Assembly: GCA_030832455.1 (NCBI GenBank)
Contig: JAURJB010000001.1
Location: forward strand, 7,590-71,589
Source: Acidimicrobiales bacterium
GTDB lineage: Bacteria; Actinomycetota; Acidimicrobiia; Acidimicrobiales; Ilumatobacteraceae
Length of the DNA stretch: 64,000 bases
Direction: 5' to 3'
Shown: positions 22,761 through 37,237 of the stretch, one piece after another
Numbering within the stretch: the first letter of the stretch is position 1
How the letters are laid out: the number at the start of each line of letters is the position of its first letter
Program-made: the position numbers and the translations under genes
The notes under the pieces: model-generated
The model's database searches: none
Seen by the model: only the letters and a program-made list of their open reading frames with translations
Told to the model about the DNA's origin: nothing

Positions 22761-22781
22761 AGCTCAACAGTAGTTGAAGGG

Positions 22782-26115
<3,334 letters not shown>

Positions 26116-26119
<4 letters not shown>

Positions 26120-26322
26120 TTCGACGCAGTTGGCGACATCTGGTCGCCTGCATCGATTGCGCTCAACAATGTTTGCAGCGTTGCTTCAAACACCGTCTCT
26201 GAAGGAAGGAGCAACTGCTGCCAGTCGTATGCAATTCCTTTGCGACCCGTGAAGGTTGGCTCGATACTGGTGTGGCGATTCTCCAGGAATGATTCCTCGG
26301 ACTTGAAATTGTCGATTGGCAT
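26116..26322 (-). CDS. Small hypothetical protein translationally coupled to hss
   Basis: Start trimmed to ATG 26322 (MPIDNFKSEE), preceded by a strong AAGGAGG. Its stop overlaps the hss GTG (GTGA). Confidence 0.5.
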
Positions 26323-26418
26323 GAGCACCTCCTTAGGGTCGTTAAATACAGAAATGTGACTGTATAAGTTTTTGACGGCTCTGCACACTATTTCTGACTA
26401 TCTCTTCCGTGATCGGAG

Positions 26419-27648
26419 TTGGTTGGTAGCGTGACAGCACTCGTGACGACGCCTCCACATGACTCCACACCGGCTACCACGGTGACCACACCAACGGGAT
26501 TCGCCGACCTAGGAGTGCCAGCCAACATCGACGCAGGACTTGCTGCTGCGGGATTCGCTGGCCCATTTGCCATCCAGACCGAGGCAATTCCTGTGGCGCT
26601 TGCTGGTCACGATGTGTGTGGTCGTGCACGCACGGGTTCGGGAAAGACGCTGGCATTTGGTGTGCCGATGATGTCGAAAATTTCTTCACCTGCTGCCTCG
26701 GGAAAGCCCCACGGACTCGTGCTGGTGCCAACTCGCGAGCTCGCGTTGCAAGTCTCTGAGGTGCTTGGACCAATTGGCAAGGAGTGCGGCATTCGTGTGC
26801 TTGCCGTGTACGGCGGCGCAGATCGCCACAAGCAAGTAGTGGATATCGAGCGTGGTGTCGAAATCATCGTTGCCACACCATTGCGTCTGATCGACCTCAT
26901 GAAGTCACATGAATGTGATCTCAGCGCAATTCAAGTTGTTGCCATCGATGAAGCAGATCGCATGGCGGATGAAGGATTCATGCCGCAAGTGGAATGGATC
27001 ATGCGTCACGTCACCGGCGAGCATCAAACGATGTTGTTCTCGGCCACGCTCGATGGGCAAGTGGGCAACCTAGTTAAGCGATACATGAAGAACCCTAAAG
27101 AAGTGTCCATTGACTCGCCAACCGACACGGTGGGAACGATGCGCCATTTGTTCTTGGCGATTCATCACATGGACAAAGATCGCGTCATTGCCAACATTGC
27201 TGCAGCACATGGTCAGACCGTGGTGTTCTGCGATACCAAACGTGTATGCGACAAAGTGGCAGAAGCACTGCAAAAGCTCGGCGCAAACGCATCAGCCCTT
27301 CATGGTGACATGCCGCAAAATGCGCGCGAAAAAGCATTGAGCAAGTTTGAAAAGAATGAGCTAAAGATCTTGGTGGCAACCGATGTGGCCGCACGCGGAA
27401 TTGACATTGATGACGTGGCAGTCGTTATTCATTACGTACCACCACTAGATGTGAAAACGTACTTGCATCGTTCGGGACGCACCGCGCGTGCTGGTCGAGA
27501 CGGTTGGGCGGTAACGCTTGCCGAATACAACCAGCACACCACCTGCCGCATTATTCAACGCGGATTACGCCTAGAGCCGCAAGCTCCCATCGAAGTGTTC
27601 TCAAACGATGCGCGACTCCGCGACTTGTTTACGTTTCTTACTGCGTAA
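26419..27648 (+). CDS. DEAD-box ATP-dependent RNA helicase
   Basis: Q motif GFAGPFAIQ, motif I ARTGSGKT, DEAD (IDEADRM), SAT, and HRSGRTARAG. The start (TTG 26419 or GTG 26431) is uncertain. Confidence 0.9.
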   Translation: MVGSVTALVTTPPHDSTPATTVTTPTGFADLGVPANIDAGLAAAGFAGPFAIQTEAIPVALAGHDVCGRARTGSGKTLAFGVPMMSKISSPAASGKPHGLVLVPTRELALQVSEVLGPIGKECGIRVLAVYGGADRHKQVVDIERGVEIIVATPLRLIDLMKSHECDLSAIQVVAIDEADRMADEGFMPQVEWIMRHVTGEHQTMLFSATLDGQVGNLVKRYMKNPKEVSIDSPTDTVGTMRHLFLAIHHMDKDRVIANIAAAHGQTVVFCDTKRVCDKVAEALQKLGANASALHGDMPQNAREKALSKFEKNELKILVATDVAARGIDIDDVAVVIHYVPPLDVKTYLHRSGRTARAGRDGWAVTLAEYNQHTTCRIIQRGLRLEPQAPIEVFSNDARLRDLFTFLTA

Positions 27649-28239
27649 CTAGCGCTGGTTGAGCCAGGCGGGGCGTGATGTTTCGAATGTCGAGATGGCA
27701 TCGCCTTTTGCCATCGTGATGCCCACGTCGTCAAGACCGCGGATGAAGCGATCTTGGGTGGAGGCATCCATGTCGAACTTCTCGGTAATTCCCGCACTCG
27801 GAATTTCAACCGTGAGTCGCTGCATGTCGATGGTGATCTCGGCAGAAGCATCTGCTTCGATGACTTCCCAAATGCGATTGACGGTTGGCTCAGAAAGCAC
27901 CACCGGAACGAGACCGTTCTTGGTGCAGTTGTTGCGGAAAATGTCGGAGAAACTTGGTGCGATCACCGCGTCGAATCCGCCCTGCTGAATTGCCCACACC
28001 GCGTGCTCACGTGACGAACCAACTCCAAAACTTGGTCCGGCAACAAGCACTGATGCACCTGCATAGCGCTCGTCGTTCAATACGAAGTTGCGATCATCAC
28101 GCCACGTAGAGAACAAACCCTTTTCGAACCCCGTGCGTTCAACACGCTTCAGCCATTCAGCAGGAATGATCTGATCGGTGTCAACGTCGGAGCGCTTCAA
28201 TGGAACGCCACGACCAGTGATAATGCTGACAGCTTTCAT
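27649..28239 (-). CDS. leuD: 3-isopropylmalate dehydratase small subunit
   Basis: Typical LeuD N-terminus (...[19 protein letters not shown]) and GSSREHA. There is a 4-nt overlap with leuC. Confidence 0.92.
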   Translation of the reverse strand: MKAVSIITGRGVPLKRSDVDTDQIIPAEWLKRVERTGFEKGLFSTWRDDRNFVLNDERYAGASVLVAGPSFGVGSSREHAVWAIQQGGFDAVIAPSFSDIFRNNCTKNGLVPVVLSEPTVNRIWEVIEADASAEITIDMQRLTVEIPSAGITEKFDMDASTQDRFIRGLDDVGITMAKGDAISTFETSRPAWLNQR

Positions 28240-29651
28240 GCCAAGTCCTTTGGGGTAGCGAAGCGGCCAACAACTGCGGTTGCAGCAGCGACTTCTGGCG
28301 AAACGAGATGGGTGCGACCACCGCGGCCTTGGCGACCTTCGAAGTTGCGGTTACTGGTGCTTGCAGCACGTTCGCCTTGTGCAAGTTTGTCGGGGTTCAT
28401 GGCCAAACACATTGAGCAGCCTGGTTCACGCCAATCCATACCTGCAGCAATGAAGATCTTGTCGAGTCCTTCTGCTTCTGCTTGCTTTTTCACTTGATGG
28501 CTTCCTGGAACGACCATTGCGCGCTTCACCGAAACCTTGCGGCCCTTCACAACATGTGCTGCTGCACGCAAGTCTTCAATGCGACTGTTGGTGCATGAAC
28601 CAATAAATACAGTGTCGACTGCAACGTCGCGGATTGCGGTTCCTGCAGTAAGGCCCATGTACTCAAGTGCGCGTTCAACGGTGTTACGTGCCGTTGCATC
28701 TGCATAGTCGGCTGGGTTGGGAATCTTTCCGTCGATACCAATTCCTTGTGCTGGGTTGGTTCCCCATGTCACAAACGGTGTGAGTGCTGATCCATCGATC
28801 ACCACTTCTGTGTCCCAAACCGCACCGTCATCGGTGTGCAAAGTTTTCCAATCGGCAACTGCTGCGTCCCACTCTGCGCCTGTTGGTGCATGTTCGCGGC
28901 CCTTCAAGTATTCGAAGGTGACATCGTCAGGAGCAACAAGGCCAGCGCGTGCACCAGCCTCGATCGACATGTTGCAAATGGTCATGCGACCTTCCATTGA
29001 CAGCGCGCGAATTGCCGAACCGCGGTACTCGATGACATGGCCGATGCCACCGCCGGTTCCGATTTTTGCAATGACTGCGAGGATGATGTCTTTAGCCGTG
29101 ACACCCGGTGCAAGTGTTCCATCAACGGTGACACTCATCCACTTTGGTCGTGACTGGGGAAGTGTTTGCGTTGCAAGAACATGTTCGACTTCGCTCGTGC
29201 CAATGCCAAATGCAAGTGCGCCGAATGCTCCGTGAGTTGCAGTGTGGCTATCGCCGCACACAATGGTCATGCCGGGAAGCGTGCGACCTTGTTCTGGTCC
29301 GATGACATGCACAATGCCTTGCTTTGCATGACCCATTGGATACAACGTGACGCCAAACTCTTTTGCGTTTGCACGCAATACCTCAATCTGCTTCGACGAA
29401 ATTTCATCGGCAATTGGTAAGTGAATGTTCTCGGTAGGAACGTTGTGGTCTTCGGTGGCCACAGTGAGATCGGGGCGGCGCACGGTGCGTCCATTAATAC
29501 GTAGGCCATCAAATGCCTGTGGGCTGGTTACTTCGTGCACCAGATGAAGGTCGATGTAGAGCAGATCGGGTTCGCCGGGTGCGCTTTGCACCACATGGCG
29601 GTCCCATACTTTTTGCGGAAGTGTGAGGGGCTTGCCTGCGGAATTGGCCAT
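28236..29651 (-). CDS. leuC: 3-isopropylmalate dehydratase large subunit
   Basis: [14 protein letters not shown], Fe-S ligands ([21 protein letters not shown]). Start trimmed to MANSAGKP (ATG 29651), preceded by GGAGGA. Confidence 0.93.
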   Translation of the reverse strand: MANSAGKPLTLPQKVWDRHVVQSAPGEPDLLYIDLHLVHEVTSPQAFDGLRINGRTVRRPDLTVATEDHNVPTENIHLPIADEISSKQIEVLRANAKEFGVTLYPMGHAKQGIVHVIGPEQGRTLPGMTIVCGDSHTATHGAFGALAFGIGTSEVEHVLATQTLPQSRPKWMSVTVDGTLAPGVTAKDIILAVIAKIGTGGGIGHVIEYRGSAIRALSMEGRMTICNMSIEAGARAGLVAPDDVTFEYLKGREHAPTGAEWDAAVADWKTLHTDDGAVWDTEVVIDGSALTPFVTWGTNPAQGIGIDGKIPNPADYADATARNTVERALEYMGLTAGTAIRDVAVDTVFIGSCTNSRIEDLRAAAHVVKGRKVSVKRAMVVPGSHQVKKQAEAEGLDKIFIAAGMDWREPGCSMCLAMNPDKLAQGERAASTSNRNFEGRQGRGGRTHLVSPEVAAATAVVGRFATPKDLA

Positions 29652-29728
29652 TCCTCCATTCAACCGCAATTTGCCGTAAATGGCTCAATTCAGTGTCCGT
29701 TTATGGGGCGTAAGCCACACATCGGGGC

Positions 29729-30259
29729 ATGACACAACACACACTTAGTCCAGTCACGCTCGCAACCTGTGTCGAACACAGCTTGCATATATCTCTTGAT
29801 GGTTTCGACCTTTCGCGAGCCCGCCTGTATGGCATCAGCATCGTTGATGAAGATGGGGCAGCACGAAATGAAGATGGTGCGTTGCGAATCACGTTTCTTG
29901 CCGAACATGGTGACGTGTATGAATTGTTAGAAGCACAAACGAGCGCAATTTTTCGCATGTTTGACGCTGCCGTCGTGTTGACCTGTGGGTGGGCGGCACC
30001 AATTCGCGATGAAGACGACGACGATAATGAAACGTCGGTGCCACCAAGCCAACACCCCGAACGGCGCAGAGTGCGACTAGTCGTGGTGGTGGGTGATTGC
30101 GGAGTGGGCTCGGTGCTGCGATTTGCCGACACCCCAAACGAGGTTGTAACCGATGCTGGCGCTGCTCGTGGAAGCTTGGCTGATGCAGTCACCAACATGT
30201 GGTTTGATAGCCCAATTAACGTGGCTCAAGCAGGGCAAGATTCGGCTTTGCAGGACTAG
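29729..30259 (+). CDS. Hypothetical acidic protein
   Basis: 176-aa ORF containing a DEDDDDNE run. It ends 16 nt before nadA. No motif recognised. Confidence 0.5.
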   Translation: MTQHTLSPVTLATCVEHSLHISLDGFDLSRARLYGISIVDEDGAARNEDGALRITFLAEHGDVYELLEAQTSAIFRMFDAAVVLTCGWAAPIRDEDDDDNETSVPPSQHPERRRVRLVVVVGDCGVGSVLRFADTPNEVVTDAGAARGSLADAVTNMWFDSPINVAQAGQDSALQD

Positions 30260-30275
30260 CCGATAACTTGAAGAT

Positions 30276-31277
30276 GTGAGTTCGCACATCGCACACGGTG
30301 TTGATTATGGAGTGAAGTCCGCCTGGGCTGACGAAGTGCGTGCGCTAGCCAAGGAACGCGATGCGGTGATCTTGGCGCACAACTATCAGGTTCCAGAGAT
30401 TCAAGAAATTGCGCATCATGTTGGTGACTCACTTGCATTGTCGCGCATTGCTGCTCAGGTAGATGCAAGCACGATCATTTTTTGCGGCGTGCACTTTATG
30501 GCCGAGACGGCAAAGATTCTGAGTTACAACAAGACCGTGATCATCCCCGATGCTGCAGCCGGATGTTCGTTGGCCGACACGATTAACGCCGAACAGCTGC
30601 GTGCATGGAAAGCCGAACATCCCAGAGCAGCGGTGGTGAGTTATGTCAACACCACGGCAGAGGTAAAAGCCGAAACCGATATTTGCTGCACGTCGTCAAA
30701 CGCGGTTGATGTGGTGCAATCAATTCCTGCTGATCAAGAAATTTTGTTCTGCCCAGATCAATTTCTGGGTGCACACGCACAACGCGAAACCGGTCGTACC
30801 AACATGCATATTTGGATGGGCGAGTGTCACGTGCATGCTGGAATCAATGGTCAAGATTTGAAAAACATGATCGCTGCAGAACCAGAAGCAGAATTGTTCA
30901 TTCACCCCGAATGCGGCTGTGCAACTTCGGCAATGTATTTGGCTTCAACAGGTGTTGTGCCCGCAGAGCGCACACACATTCTTTCCACTTCTGGAATGAT
31001 CACCGCTGCGCAAAACACGCATGCCAAGAAGGTGCTCGTTGCAACCGAGACCGGCATGTTGCATCAGTTGCGCAAAGCAAATCCGCTGGTGATTTTTGAG
31101 CCAGTCAACAGGGCAGCTGTGTGCAAGTACATGAAGATGATCACACCTGAAAAACTGCTTCGTTCGCTGCGTGAAGGCAACGATGTCGTTGATGTACCAC
31201 GCGACATCGCTGATCGTGCACGTGCATCGGTTGAGCGCATGATTGCAATTGGTACACCGTCGCGAACAAAGGAATAG
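30276..31277 (+). CDS. nadA: Quinolinate synthase
   Basis: [15 protein letters not shown] and conserved Fe-S cysteines. GTG start. Confidence 0.92.
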   Translation: MSSHIAHGVDYGVKSAWADEVRALAKERDAVILAHNYQVPEIQEIAHHVGDSLALSRIAAQVDASTIIFCGVHFMAETAKILSYNKTVIIPDAAAGCSLADTINAEQLRAWKAEHPRAAVVSYVNTTAEVKAETDICCTSSNAVDVVQSIPADQEILFCPDQFLGAHAQRETGRTNMHIWMGECHVHAGINGQDLKNMIAAEPEAELFIHPECGCATSAMYLASTGVVPAERTHILSTSGMITAAQNTHAKKVLVATETGMLHQLRKANPLVIFEPVNRAAVCKYMKMITPEKLLRSLREGNDVVDVPRDIADRARASVERMIAIGTPSRTKE

Positions 31278-31282
31278 TCACG

Positions 31283-32965
31283 GTGCCGACACGTTCGCGC
31301 GTACAACAGGTAGCCGTGAACTTGCCCACACAACTGCATGCCCCCGAGGTTTCGTGGACACGCGAAGTTGACGTAGTGGTGTTGGGTTCTGGTGCTGCTG
31401 GGCTCGCTGCAGCGCTCGCCGCGCGACCAGTGCGCGACGTACTGATCGTCACCAAAGACACCCTGGATGCAGGCAGCACCGCATGGGCGCAAGGTGGCTT
31501 GGCCGCCGTGCTCGACCCTGCCGACACATTTGGTGAACACGTGCGAGACACTCTTGATGCAGGCGCAGGACTGTGCGATGAAGCTGCAGTTACCTCGCTT
31601 GTGCGCGATGCCCCAACGGCAATTCAATATCTCGAACTGCTTGGTGCAGCGTTTGATCCTGGCAGTGATGGGTTGCGTGCGTTGACTCGTGAAGGTGGCC
31701 ATTCGCGTTCACGAATTGTGCATGCGGGCGGGGATCAGTCGGGTGCTGAAGTACAACGAACGTTGGATATGAATGCAATCAACGCGGGTGTTGAAGTGAT
31801 GGACCACGCGTTTGCGCTTGATTTGGTGTTTGGAAAATCAAACAGAGGTCGGCGGCAGATTGCGGGCGTGCGAATTGCCAAACTGGACGAATACGGCAAT
31901 GTGGAAAGCGTTGGTTTGGTCACAGCGCCTGCAGTTGTAATTGCAACGGGCGGATACGGGCAAGTGTTTGCCAGCACCTCGAATCCTCCCGCGGTAACCG
32001 GCGATGGACATGCGCTTGCCTTGCGTGCGGGACTGACATTACGCGATCTTGAGTTTGTGCAGTTTCATCCAACCGTGTTGTGGCATCCCGCCGATTCGAG
32101 CCAACAACAAATGTTGATCAGCGAAGCAGTGCGCGGTGAAGGTGCGGTGCTGTTTGATGCAGCGGGCGAACGAGTCATGGTTGGCGTTCACCCACAAGAA
32201 GATCTTGCGCCTCGCGATGTTGTGGCTTCTGCAATTAGTGCACGAATGGCACAAGCACCTGCAGGAGTTGATGATCATGTGTATTTGGATGCAACCAAGA
32301 TCGATAATTTCGCAGAGCGGTTTCCGTTTATTACAAAAGCGTGCCGTGCAGCAGGGATTGATCCATTGACTCAACGAATCCCAGTTGCTCCTGCAGCGCA
32401 TTACACCTGCGGCGGAATTGACTCGAATCTTGATGGCCTGACCGAAGTAGACGGACTATTTGCTGTTGGTGAAGTTGCATACACCGGTGTGCATGGCGCA
32501 AACCGATTGGCATCTAACTCATTAACAGAGAGTTTGGTTGTGGGTACTCGAGTAGGTCGCAACTTGGCATGGAAGTTACCCGAGCGAGTCAAACCAGATG
32601 ATGCGCAACCAATAGGTGTGACTGGTTTGCTTCATGACTCATTGCGCAGTGACGTGCGAGTCGCGATGAGCAAACATATTGGTGTGTTACGTAGGCCAGA
32701 AAGTTTACAGTTGACGATTGACGCGTTGTCTGCTGTTGCCGAAAAAGTTGGCGCAGATGTTGCACCAACTCGTCGTAATTTTGAAGCGACAAATATTTTG
32801 ACAGTGGCAACAGCGGTAGCTGCGAGTGCATTGGCTCGAACAGAGAGTCGAGGTTGCCATCGACGAACCGATTTCACCGAACAACGTGCAGACTGGGTCT
32901 GTCATTTAGAAGTAGCACTTACAAGCGATTCTGTGACGATTCGCGGAATTCCAGCAGAGGCATAA
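31283..32965 (+). CDS. nadB: L-aspartate oxidase
   Basis: FAD motif VVVLGSGAAGLAAAL, plus HYTCGGI and RLASNSL motifs. Confidence 0.92.
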   Translation: MPTRSRVQQVAVNLPTQLHAPEVSWTREVDVVVLGSGAAGLAAALAARPVRDVLIVTKDTLDAGSTAWAQGGLAAVLDPADTFGEHVRDTLDAGAGLCDEAAVTSLVRDAPTAIQYLELLGAAFDPGSDGLRALTREGGHSRSRIVHAGGDQSGAEVQRTLDMNAINAGVEVMDHAFALDLVFGKSNRGRRQIAGVRIAKLDEYGNVESVGLVTAPAVVIATGGYGQVFASTSNPPAVTGDGHALALRAGLTLRDLEFVQFHPTVLWHPADSSQQQMLISEAVRGEGAVLFDAAGERVMVGVHPQEDLAPRDVVASAISARMAQAPAGVDDHVYLDATKIDNFAERFPFITKACRAAGIDPLTQRIPVAPAAHYTCGGIDSNLDGLTEVDGLFAVGEVAYTGVHGANRLASNSLTESLVVGTRVGRNLAWKLPERVKPDDAQPIGVTGLLHDSLRSDVRVAMSKHIGVLRRPESLQLTIDALSAVAEKVGADVAPTRRNFEATNILTVATAVAASALARTESRGCHRRTDFTEQRADWVCHLEVALTSDSVTIRGIPAEA

Positions 32966-32967
32966 CG

Positions 32968-33891
32968 ATGTTGCATCATCAGCTTTCCGACACATCAGCG
33001 CAGAGAATTGTTGCATCGGGCTTGCTTGTCGACGACGTGCGGCGAATTATTGCTGTTGCACTAGACGAAGATTTGCATCATGGTCCTGATGTCACCACCA
33101 ACTCGACTGTTCCGCCAGAGCAACGCAGTAGAGGAGTGCTTGCGACTCGCCAGATTGGCTGTGTTGCGGGTATCGCGATTGCTGGCGCGGTGTTTGAGAT
33201 GGTGTGTGGCGCACTGCACGTGACATGTGAAGTTTTGGTGGCAGATGGGCAGCGCGTGACTCCTGGAACTCGAATTGCCACAGTCGAGGGCCCAACTCGT
33301 GGGTTGCTCACTGCAGAGCGAACTGCGCTCAATCTGCTTGGGCACCTATCGGGTGTGGCTACAGCAACGAGCCAATGGGTTGATGCAATTGCCTCGACAC
33401 AAGCCAAGGTTCGCGATACTCGCAAAACCACTCCAGGTCTGCGCACGTTAGAAAAATATGCTGTGCGTTGCGGTGGCGGAGTGAATCACCGCATGTCGCT
33501 TTCGGATGCAGCATTGGTAAAAGACAACCATATTGTTGCTGCGGGAGGAGTTGCACAAGCATTTGCTGCCGTGCGCTCTGCGGCGCCAAACATTGTGCTG
33601 GAAATTGAAGTTGATTCGGTTGATCAGTTGCGCACCGCATTGACAGCTGGTGCAGATTTGGTGTTGCTCGACAACATGTCGCCTGATGTATTGCGTGAGG
33701 CAGTGGCAGTTGCGCAAAATCATGTAGAACGTACGGGCCACCCCGTCATTCTTGAAGCCAGTGGCGGACTCACTCTTGACAACGCACAAAGCGTTGCGGC
33801 CACGGGCGTTGATTACATTTCGGTTGGGGCACTGACTCATTCGGCCAAAGTGCTCGATATTGGTCTCGATCTCGAAACCATCGTTGACTAA
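32968..33891 (+). CDS. nadC: Nicotinate-nucleotide pyrophosphorylase (carboxylating)
   Basis: Start trimmed to MLHHQL (ATG 32968, 2 nt after the nadB stop). TRKTTPGLR, KDNH and LLDNM motifs. Confidence 0.9.
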   Translation: MLHHQLSDTSAQRIVASGLLVDDVRRIIAVALDEDLHHGPDVTTNSTVPPEQRSRGVLATRQIGCVAGIAIAGAVFEMVCGALHVTCEVLVADGQRVTPGTRIATVEGPTRGLLTAERTALNLLGHLSGVATATSQWVDAIASTQAKVRDTRKTTPGLRTLEKYAVRCGGGVNHRMSLSDAALVKDNHIVAAGGVAQAFAAVRSAAPNIVLEIEVDSVDQLRTALTAGADLVLLDNMSPDVLREAVAVAQNHVERTGHPVILEASGGLTLDNAQSVAATGVDYISVGALTHSAKVLDIGLDLETIVD

Positions 33892-34724
33892 CTCTGCAGT
33901 GCGCGCTCCTGCACACTGATGCAGGCGGCGATCAATTTGGGCACGTATGTCCTTTGCTCTGCGTAAATTGCGTTATGACCGCCATCAACTAGATGCACAT
34001 CAACATCTTGGAGCAGATCAAGCAATCGTTGCTGACGTTCGGGAGGCACAACTTGATCTTGTGTAGTGATCACGACAGATGTTGGAACATCGACTCCGGG
34101 CAACCACTGCAACGAATTGAAGCTTCCGATTTCTTTTCCAGCTTCAAGGATTTGTCGCCAATCATGCCCAGCCATTTGCTCAATGGCCCACGAGTCCATG
34201 CCTTCAGTTTTGCGTTGCAGGTAAATTTGTTCGGTAAACCAATCGACGGTTTGTTTCGGTGCGAGTCGTGCAATGGTGGCTAAGCCGGTAATGCCCATGA
34301 ACCCAACACGTTCTTCGCGAGATTTTGCAAATACCGGTGCAGTGCTACACAGCACCAATCCATCTACGCGGTCGCTGTGTCGTTGCCATACAAGTTGCGC
34401 AATCGTTCCGCCCATTGAGTAGCCAACAGGAATGAACGCATTGACACCGAGTGCATCGGCCAATGCTGCAACATCGTCGGCACAGTCAGACAAACGAAAC
34501 GATCTGCGTGAGCGAATACCTTGTCCGTGGCCTCGCTGATCTAGCGCAACAACGTTGAAGTGTTTGCCTAACTCTTCAAAGCACGTAAACCAATTGAGAT
34601 CGGCAGTTGCTGTCCAACCATGAAGCAAGATGAGTGTCGGAGCATTCGCTGGGCCTTGCACTTCGCGGATAAAGGTTTGTCCGCGATCGGGAATGTCAAT
34701 GAGGCGACCTGGGGGAAGGGCCAT
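33888..34724 (-). CDS. Alpha/beta hydrolase
   Basis: LILLHGW oxyanion motif and nucleophile elbow GYSMGG. Start trimmed to MALPPGR (ATG 34724), preceded by AGGAGAA. Confidence 0.8.
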   Translation of the reverse strand: MALPPGRLIDIPDRGQTFIREVQGPANAPTLILLHGWTATADLNWFTCFEELGKHFNVVALDQRGHGQGIRSRRSFRLSDCADDVAALADALGVNAFIPVGYSMGGTIAQLVWQRHSDRVDGLVLCSTAPVFAKSREERVGFMGITGLATIARLAPKQTVDWFTEQIYLQRKTEGMDSWAIEQMAGHDWRQILEAGKEIGSFNSLQWLPGVDVPTSVVITTQDQVVPPERQQRLLDLLQDVDVHLVDGGHNAIYAEQRTYVPKLIAACISVQERALQS

Positions 34725-34734
34725 GTTCTCCTGA

Positions 34735-35217
34735 TTACTTCTGTGCTTTGGCTGACAACACGGTGACTTTGAGTTTTGCGTTTGGTGCTTCGTAGGTAAC
34801 CACGTCACCTGCTTTTGCGCCAAGCAATGCAGAACCAAGTGGCGATGAAGGGCTCATCACGCTGACTTCATCGTTGTCGGGCTTTTCTTCGACATGTCCA
34901 ATGAGGTACGACTCGGCAGCGCTGTCTGGGTCGCCTTCGTACACAATGGCGACAATTGAACCAAGACCAACGACACCGTCGGCAGGGGCGGAGACCACTT
35001 CGACGTCATCCAGGATGGATTCGATCTGGCGGATTCGGCCTTCCATATGACCCTGCTCATCTTTGGCTGCGTGATAGTCGCCATTTTCCTTGAGGTCGCC
35101 CAGTTCGCGGGCACGCTCAATTTTGTAGGCAACATCAATGCGTCCGCGGGTGGTGAGGTCGTCAAATTCGGCCTTCAGGCGGTCAAAAGCGGACTTGGAA
35201 AGTTGGTGCTTAGCCAT
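34735..35217 (-). CDS. greA: Transcription elongation factor GreA
   Basis: Start trimmed to [36 protein letters not shown] coiled-coil tip motif. Confidence 0.92.
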   Translation of the reverse strand: MAKHQLSKSAFDRLKAEFDDLTTRGRIDVAYKIERARELGDLKENGDYHAAKDEQGHMEGRIRQIESILDDVEVVSAPADGVVGLGSIVAIVYEGDPDSAAESYLIGHVEEKPDNDEVSVMSPSSPLGSALLGAKAGDVVTYEAPNAKLKVTVLSAKAQK

Positions 35218-35266
35218 ACGGCTCAAGGCTATCTGCGCAAATTGCGCCCTACGATGGAGCATCACC

Positions 35267-36280
35267 ATGTCAGCAACTTCATCATCAGCACATCGCATTG
35301 CAGTTATCGGCGGAGACGGAATTGGCCCTGAAGTCATCACTGAGGCATTGAAAGTAGTGAAGGCCGCTGGAGTCAGCCTCCAGACCACCGAATTTGATTT
35401 AGGCGGTGCGCGTTACCTGCGCGATGGCGAAGTGTTGTCGGACGCCACGCTTGCCGAACTGCGCGGCTTTGACGCGATCTTGCTTGGTGCTGTTGGTACA
35501 CCTGCTGTGCCACCGGGCGTGATCGAGCGCGGACTGTTGTTGAAGATGCGCTTCGAACTTGATTTGTACATCAACCAACGACCATTTGAGGGTGTTGCAC
35601 CTGGCCACACGCAGTCGCACGATTTTGTTGTCATTCGTGAAAACACCGAAGGCCCATATGTTGGTGAAGGCGGTGTGTTGCGCAAGGGAACGCCGTTCGA
35701 AGTTGCAACTCAGGGCAGTGTCAACACTGCACATGGCGTAGAGCGGTGTGTGCGTTATGCATTCGAGCTTGCGGCACAACGTGAGCGTAAACATCTCACG
35801 CTCGTACATAAAACCAACGTGCTTACGTTTGCCGGCGATTTGTGGCAACGCACGTTTAACAACGTTGCTGAAGAGTTTCCACAAGTGGGCACTGCGTACA
35901 ACCATGTTGATGCTGCGTGCATTTATTTTGTGCAAGACCCACAGCGCTATGACGTCATTGTTACCGACAACTTGTTCGGCGATATTTTGACCGACCTCGG
36001 AGGTGCGGTGAGTGGTGGAATTGGTGTTGCATCATCGGCAAACCTCAACCCCAAGCGCACTGGTCCTTCAATGTTCGAACCAGTTCACGGCTCGGCGCCC
36101 GACATTGTGGGTACCGGCAAGGCGAACCCCGTTGCGGCCATTTTGTCGGCAGCACACATGCTGGAGTTCTTGGGAGAAAACGCTGGGGCAGCCAAGTTGC
36201 GTGCAGCCTGTGAGCAACCAAGCGCCGGTACCACCTCGCAAGTAGGCGACGAAATTGCAGCCCGCGTGGCAGGCAAGTAA
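35267..36280 (+). CDS. leuB: 3-isopropylmalate dehydrogenase
   Basis: Start trimmed to [32 protein letters not shown] and the GSAPDI motif. Confidence 0.92.
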   Translation: MSATSSSAHRIAVIGGDGIGPEVITEALKVVKAAGVSLQTTEFDLGGARYLRDGEVLSDATLAELRGFDAILLGAVGTPAVPPGVIERGLLLKMRFELDLYINQRPFEGVAPGHTQSHDFVVIRENTEGPYVGEGGVLRKGTPFEVATQGSVNTAHGVERCVRYAFELAAQRERKHLTLVHKTNVLTFAGDLWQRTFNNVAEEFPQVGTAYNHVDAACIYFVQDPQRYDVIVTDNLFGDILTDLGGAVSGGIGVASSANLNPKRTGPSMFEPVHGSAPDIVGTGKANPVAAILSAAHMLEFLGENAGAAKLRAACEQPSAGTTSQVGDEIAARVAGK

Positions 36281-36319
36281 CGCTAAGTTTTATCAACATT
36301 TGAAGATTAAGGGGACGTA

Positions 36320-37237
36320 ATGCCAATTACCACCACACCAAAAATTTGGATGAACGGAACGCTTGTCGATTGGGATAAAGCACAAGTGCATGTGTTGACT
36401 CACACGTTGCATTACGGCACCGGAGTGTTTGAAGGAATTCGTGCTTACGAGACCGACAAAGGTCCAGCAGTGTTCCGCCTTACCGAGCACATGCAGCGGT
36501 TCATAAACTCGGCAAAGATTTTGGCAATGCCAATGCCGTACACACTTGAAGAACTAGTTCAAGGCGTAAAGGACACCGTTGCATCAACAGGATTGTCTGC
36601 GTGTTACGTGCGTCCGATTGCGTACTACGGCTATGGCGAAATGGGACTCAACACCACACCATGCAAAACCGATGTGGCGATTGCCTGTTGGCCATGGGGT
36701 GCATACCTTGGCGATGATGCCGTAGAAAAGGGTGTACGCATGAAGATCTCTTCATGGACACGCCACGATCACAACACCATGCCACCTGCGGCAAAAACAG
36801 TTGGCAACTATGTGAACTCGTCGTTGGCCAAAGTTGAAGCGCTGAATGCTGGCTATGACGAAGCAATCATGCTTGCACCGAATGGTTTGGTTGCAGAGTG
36901 CACCGGCGAGAACTTGTTTGTGGTTCGTAACGGAATCATTTTGACTCCGCCAACATCAGCTGGCGCTCTTGAAGGCATCACACAAAACAGTGTCACTCGC
37001 ATTGCCCAAGATCTTGGCTACGAAGTGCGCGTCGACAACATTGCACGCAGCGATCTCTACATTGCCGATGAAATCTTTGCCTGCGGCACCGCTGCAGAAG
37101 TTGGCTCGGTGAGTTCGGTTGATGACCGACCAATTCCGTGCCCTGGCCCAATGACGCGGGCAATCGCCAGCACGTATGCCAAGGCTGTGCGTGGGCAAGA
37201 CCCGCGTTACACAAGCTGGCTCGAATACGCGAAATAA
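36320..37237 (+). CDS. ilvE: Branched-chain amino acid aminotransferase
   Basis: HYGTGVFEGIRAY and the class IV aminotransferase pattern. AAGGGGA lies upstream of the ATG. Confidence 0.92.
   Translation: MPITTTPKIWMNGTLVDWDKAQVHVLTHTLHYGTGVFEGIRAYETDKGPAVFRLTEHMQRFINSAKILAMPMPYTLEELVQGVKDTVASTGLSACYVRPIAYYGYGEMGLNTTPCKTDVAIACWPWGAYLGDDAVEKGVRMKISSWTRHDHNTMPPAAKTVGNYVNSSLAKVEALNAGYDEAIMLAPNGLVAECTGENLFVVRNGIILTPPTSAGALEGITQNSVTRIAQDLGYEVRVDNIARSDLYIADEIFACGTAAEVGSVSSVDDRPIPCPGPMTRAIASTYAKAVRGQDPRYTSWLEYAK

Noticed and set aside
31064-31702. 212-aa minus-strand ORF spanning the nadA/nadB junction
   Set aside because: It crosses two well-supported + strand genes and their 5-nt spacer, and its product is Cys/Arg-rich and nonsensical.
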